Shown piece by piece: positions 28,326-32,000 of a DNA stretch of 32,000 nt (positions are counted from its first letter, which is position 1; every line of letters begins with the position of its first letter). The notes below the pieces were generated by a model. The model saw only the letters and a program-made list of their open reading frames with translations, had not been told where the DNA came from and did not search any database. Origin of the DNA: Desulfobulbus propionicus DSM 2032. Lineage in GTDB: Bacteria > Desulfobacterota > Desulfobulbia > Desulfobulbales > Desulfobulbaceae. The translations under genes were made by a program, and so were the position numbers. The stretch spans positions 1,320,001 through 1,352,000 of the forward strand of contig NC_014972.1 in NCBI RefSeq assembly GCF_000186885.1, read 5' to 3'.

Positions 28326-28829
28326 TCAGATCGGTTGCACGTTGTCGCCAATGGGGGTGGTGATCTGATATCCCCGCTCCCCCTTGTAGGGGTTGAACAG
28401 CAGGATCGGGCAGGCGGCTCGTTTCAACACCCGGTCGGCGACACTGCCAAGCATGATTTTCTCGATGCCCTGGGCACCGTGCGTGGCCATGACGATCATG
28501 TCGATCTTGTTGTCCATGGCGTAGCGGACAATAATATCCGCCACCTCGCCGATGATCACCGTGCCGCCGCATCCGGGGCTGGCGGCCTTGTGCTGCTCGA
28601 TCAGGGCAGCCATTTTCTTTTTGGCGTTCTCTTCCATTTCCTTCTCCACTTCCGTCACCGAGGCGGGGTAGAAACCCGCGTCGGCGGCCACTTCGGCAAA
28701 ATGGCCGACCACGTGGACAAAGGTGATCGTCGCTCCAAGTTTATTGGCGATGCCGCTGGCAAAGGCAGCCAGATCATCGGTGTGCTGGTGAAAATCGACC
28801 GGTACTAGAATCTGCTGAATGTCTTGCAT
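28326..28829 (-). CDS. universal stress protein (UspA family)
   Basis: QQILVPVDFHQHTDDLAAFASGIANKLGATITFVHVV...KIDMIVMATHGAQGIEKIMLGSVADRVLKRAACPILLF. Confidence 0.93.
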   Translation of the reverse strand: MQDIQQILVPVDFHQHTDDLAAFASGIANKLGATITFVHVVGHFAEVAADAGFYPASVTEVEKEMEENAKKKMAALIEQHKAASPGCGGTVIIGEVADIIVRYAMDNKIDMIVMATHGAQGIEKIMLGSVADRVLKRAACPILLFNPYKGERGYQITTPIGDNVQPI

Positions 28830-29082
28830 ACGCTCCTCCCTGGAGAATAGTGAACGAATGTCCCGCTTGACGGGCGTTGACCTCTTCCGTCGTGGCCTTC
28901 CTTCGCGGCGGCGAAGGGAACGGCATGGAACGGATTTTCTGCATAAATTTATAAAAAGTGTGTGGTGATTTGGGAATGGAGTTTAATTGGATAAAAATTA
29001 TAGAGAATTTCTATCCCTTTTTCTCCTGGTGGGGCCAGGCACGGCCGGATGGGGTGCTTTGGAACCGCCTGCTCTTCTTCTG

Positions 29083-29718
29083 CTATTTTTTTTTCGTCAA
29101 GGAATGTCGAAGATCGGCCATCTGCTTGTCAAAGCACGCGGGGCAACAGCCGTGGGAAACCCGCACCCCTTTCATTTTGAGCAAATATTCCTCCAGGCTG
29201 TACCAGTCCTTGTCCTGGGGCGTCTGCTGGGCGACCCGAATTTTTTTGCAGTAACTGCAGACCGGGAGAATCGCTTCATACAGCTCCACCTTGCGCAGCA
29301 GATCCTGTTTGACAAGACAGTTGGCCATGCGAAAGAGCAATTCATCGCTGTCGATCGGTTTTTGCAGGAAATCATCCGCGCCCAGGCGCAGGGCGTCGAT
29401 GGCCGCCTGCATGTCCCCATAGCCGGTTAGAATGATCACCATGGTCGAGGCGTTGCGCCGTTTGGCCGTCTTGAGCACCTGGAAGCCGTCAAGTCCCGGC
29501 ATGACCAGATCGGTGATCACCAGATCCCACTGGCCGCTGTCGATCCTGGCAATGGCTTCTTCTCCGCTCGCCGCCTGGGATACCGTGAAGTTGGGCGCGT
29601 CATTGGCCAGGTCGCGGGCAAGGCTCCTGCGGATAAGCGGCTCGTCGTCGACCAGAAGAATGGTTTTCCGGCTACCGCCTTGCCCAACCTGGTGCTGTGT
29701 TGCCTCTGCGTGTACCAT
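29083..29718 (-). CDS. response regulator (REC) with C-terminal Cys-containing YCKKIR-type tail
   Basis: KTILLVDDEPLIRRSLARDL...DLVITDLVMPGLDGFQVLKTAKRRN...LTGYGDMQAAIDALRLGADDFLQKP, then EAILPVCSYCKKIR...DWYSLEEYLLKMKGVRVSHGCCPACFDKQMADL. Confidence 0.9.
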   Translation of the reverse strand: MVHAEATQHQVGQGGSRKTILLVDDEPLIRRSLARDLANDAPNFTVSQAASGEEAIARIDSGQWDLVITDLVMPGLDGFQVLKTAKRRNASTMVIILTGYGDMQAAIDALRLGADDFLQKPIDSDELLFRMANCLVKQDLLRKVELYEAILPVCSYCKKIRVAQQTPQDKDWYSLEEYLLKMKGVRVSHGCCPACFDKQMADLRHSLTKKK

Positions 29719-29942
29719 CGGTGCTTTCTCCGGGCGCCAACTAGTGGGGTGCTGAGATTGATCGGGCGTGGTGGGTTGATCGGGCGGGCGCAATCACTAT
29801 GACGAGAAGGCCGGGAAAAGACAATGGGGCAAAAAATGACAAGGAATAGATAGCCACACTATCCATACGCTTACTGGGGGCGGGGGACGTGTCCGGGCGA
29901 CGGACCGATTCGCGGCTGCATGGGGCGCGGATGGGGGAAAGG

Positions 29943-32000
29943 TCAATCGCCAATGGCCGATTGTTCCAAAGGGCCGTTGATGGGGAGCCGCACGGTGAAG
30001 GTCGACCCGACCCCCGGCGCGCTGTCGACCAGGATTTCTCCCCCGTGGTGCTTGACGATGCCATAACTGACCGACAGCCCCAGGCCGGTGCCCTTGACCT
30101 CGGGCTTGGAGGTGTAAAAGGGTTGGAAGATCAGCTCCAGCTCCTCCGGGCCGATGCCGCTGCCGGTGTCCTGGATGGCGATGGCCACCTGTTGGTCATC
30201 GTGCCAGGTGGTGATGGTGATCATCCCGCCGGGATGGTGACAGGCATCGGCGGCGTTGGTCAGCAGGTTGAGCAGAACCTGCTTGATCTGGTCGGGGACC
30301 GCCATGATCTGCGGCAGGTTGTCGGCGAAATTGCGTTGGAGGACGATTCGCTTTTCCTTGAAATCGCTCTTGTGCAACAACAGCAGCGAATTGAGCGAGC
30401 GATGCACATCCATCAGCGTCTTCCGCCCGGAGGAAGGGCGGTTGAAATCCTGCAAACCGCGGATCAGTTCCTTGATCCGGTCGCTTTCGGCGATGGCCGC
30501 TTCCAGCAGTTCCCGGTCTTCCGCCTCCAGGATGGCTCGTTTCTTCAACCCTTTGAGAACCGAGAGGATACCTTGCAAGGGGTTGTTGAACTCGTGGGCG
30601 ATGGAGGCGGACAGTTTGCCGATGGCCGAGAGTTTTTCCGCATGGAGGAATTTTTTCTGGGTTTCCTCCAGCTCCAAGGTACGTTGGGCCACCCGCCGCC
30701 CTAGATCCTCGTTGGCGACTTGCAGCTGTTGCTGGGCCATCCGCAGGCCCACTTCGTTTTCCCGCAGGATTTCCGCCTGCTTGCGACTGGTGATGTCGAT
30801 GACGATCCCGAGATAGCGAGTGGCCCGGCCGGCATCGTCGAGGATCGGTTTTCCCCGGGACATCAGCCAGCGGCAGTCGCCGCTGCTTGTCACCACCCGC
30901 CATTCGGTGTTGATCTCGCCGCCGCCGACCACGGCGTGACGGATGGTTCGTTCCACCCGCTGGATGTCTTCGGGATGGACCACCTGGCGCCAAAGGGCAG
31001 GGGAGGGCTCAGCACTGCCCGGTTCCAGCCCGTACAGGTGCCAAAGCTCCTCGGACCAGGCCATGCCGCCGGTCAACACATCCCATTCCCAGGAGCCGGC
31101 CTGGGCCGCCTCCTGCGCCAGCCGGAGCCGTTCCTCGCCCGCCCGCAGGGCCACCTCGGCCCGTTTGCGCATGAAGGCCTCGACAATCACCGGCGCGAGA
31201 GCTTCCAGGGTTTCCTGCTCGGCCTGGGTGTAGCCGTTTGCCCGGTTGGCCACCCCCACCATGCCAATCACCTTTCCATTCTGGCGCAGAGGCACCCCGA
31301 GGAAGGTCTCCACCGGCGGATGGCCTGGAGGAAAGCCGATCCGGTCCGGATGGTTGGCCGGGTCATTGGTGAACAGGGACTGGCCGTCGAGCAAAACGCG
31401 ACCATAGAGGCCGTGGAGCTTGAAGTTGCCGGGCGGCTGGTGGCGGTTGCCGTTGTCGGCGATGGAGCAGGCCGCCCAGCCTGGGTCGCTGATGGCGATG
31501 TCGTGCAGGCCGCGGTCGTTGACCTCGCCGATGAAACCGAAGTCGCTGGCGGTCAATTGCTGGACAATCTCCAGGCAGATCGCTCCCAGTTCCTGCTCGG
31601 TCTGGCAGTTGAGGGTGGCCGCGAGCAAGTGATTGATGCCTTGCAACGTGCTGTATTGCCGCTGCCTGTCGGCTTCCAACCGCTTTTGCTCGCTGATGTC
31701 GCGGACGGAAACCACGGCGCCGATAATCGTACCCCGTTTGTCGCGAATGGGGCCAAAGCTGTAGCTGCCCATCCACGTTTGCGTGGTGTCTCTCCGCCGG
31801 AGCGTGTATTCCGCGTTGCTGACCGCCTCGCCGCGCAGCGCCCGCATGACCGGCCAGTTTTCCGGCGGCATCGGTTCGCCGTCGGCCGAGGACAGCTCGA
31901 GCACGGCCAGGTATTCGGCCAGGGTTCGGGGGCAGTCGTTTTTGTCGGGAAATTTGTGGAAGACCGCGAAGGCGTCGTTAAATCGTACCAGCCGCCCATC
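29943..32000 (-). CDS. PAS/GAF sensor histidine kinase, 5' end outside the window
   Basis: Open from 32000 (DGRLVRFNDAFAVFHKFPDK...). PAS; GAF (LAATLNCQTEQELGAICLEIVQQLTASDFGFIGEV...); PAS; EKLSAIGKLSASIAHEFNNPLQGILSVLKG; GTGLGLSVSYGIVKHH. Confidence 0.94.
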   Translation of the reverse strand, partial: DGRLVRFNDAFAVFHKFPDKNDCPRTLAEYLAVLELSSADGEPMPPENWPVMRALRGEAVSNAEYTLRRRDTTQTWMGSYSFGPIRDKRGTIIGAVVSVRDISEQKRLEADRQRQYSTLQGINHLLAATLNCQTEQELGAICLEIVQQLTASDFGFIGEVNDRGLHDIAISDPGWAACSIADNGNRHQPPGNFKLHGLYGRVLLDGQSLFTNDPANHPDRIGFPPGHPPVETFLGVPLRQNGKVIGMVGVANRANGYTQAEQETLEALAPVIVEAFMRKRAEVALRAGEERLRLAQEAAQAGSWEWDVLTGGMAWSEELWHLYGLEPGSAEPSPALWRQVVHPEDIQRVERTIRHAVVGGGEINTEWRVVTSSGDCRWLMSRGKPILDDAGRATRYLGIVIDITSRKQAEILRENEVGLRMAQQQLQVANEDLGRRVAQRTLELEETQKKFLHAEKLSAIGKLSASIAHEFNNPLQGILSVLKGLKKRAILEAEDRELLEAAIAESDRIKELIRGLQDFNRPSSGRKTLMDVHRSLNSLLLLHKSDFKEKRIVLQRNFADNLPQIMAVPDQIKQVLLNLLTNAADACHHPGGMITITTWHDDQQVAIAIQDTGSGIGPEELELIFQPFYTSKPEVKGTGLGLSVSYGIVKHHGGEILVDSAPGVGSTFTVRLPINGPLEQSAIGD

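Noticed and set aside
29757-29790. Direct repeat TTGATCGGGCG x2 upstream of a response regulator
   Set aside because: Only two short copies in a low-complexity GC-rich spacer; too weak to call an operator.
1-32000. CRISPR arrays, rRNA and tRNA genes
   Set aside because: No regularly spaced repeats and no recognisable tRNA or rRNA sequence were seen by eye; a tRNAscan/Infernal run was not possible.

Overview
The window looks like chromosomal DNA from a GC-rich bacterium, probably a Desulfobulbales-like deltaproteobacterium (inferred from protein style only). Most of it is ordinary housekeeping, metabolic and two-component signalling genes. The most unusual part is the left end (about 1-1800). 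It reads as the remnant of a chromosomal integron: an N-terminal fragment of an integron-integrase-type tyrosine recombinase on the minus strand, a divergent insertion point (G^TTAGGC at 767/768), and one intact gene cassette (768-1655) encoding a zinc-ribbon membrane protein. The cassette ends in a textbook attC with an extrahelical base. A possible second, decayed mini-cassette follows. The integrase fragment is cut off by a REP-associated tyrosine transposase (RAYT) element carrying its own REP-like hairpin, and the RAYT gene is itself frameshifted at a T7 run. To the right lie a flavin reductase-like protein; SLC13-type transporter, pncA and pncB; an FMN reductase divergent from an HxlR regulator; an SrkA-like kinase; two small exported proteins; an Fe-ADH; an EFR1-type ferredoxin/flavodoxin; and a tightly coupled DUF4149 / LysE / PhnD-like binding protein / giant hybrid histidine kinase operon. 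Further right are two paralogous histidine kinase/response regulator modules (one regulator frameshifted), amrS, a 5'-nucleotidase, trmO, another hybrid kinase, hsp20 and a universal stress protein. No CRISPR, rRNA or tRNA was recognised. Family names come from motif recognition by eye; no database search was run.
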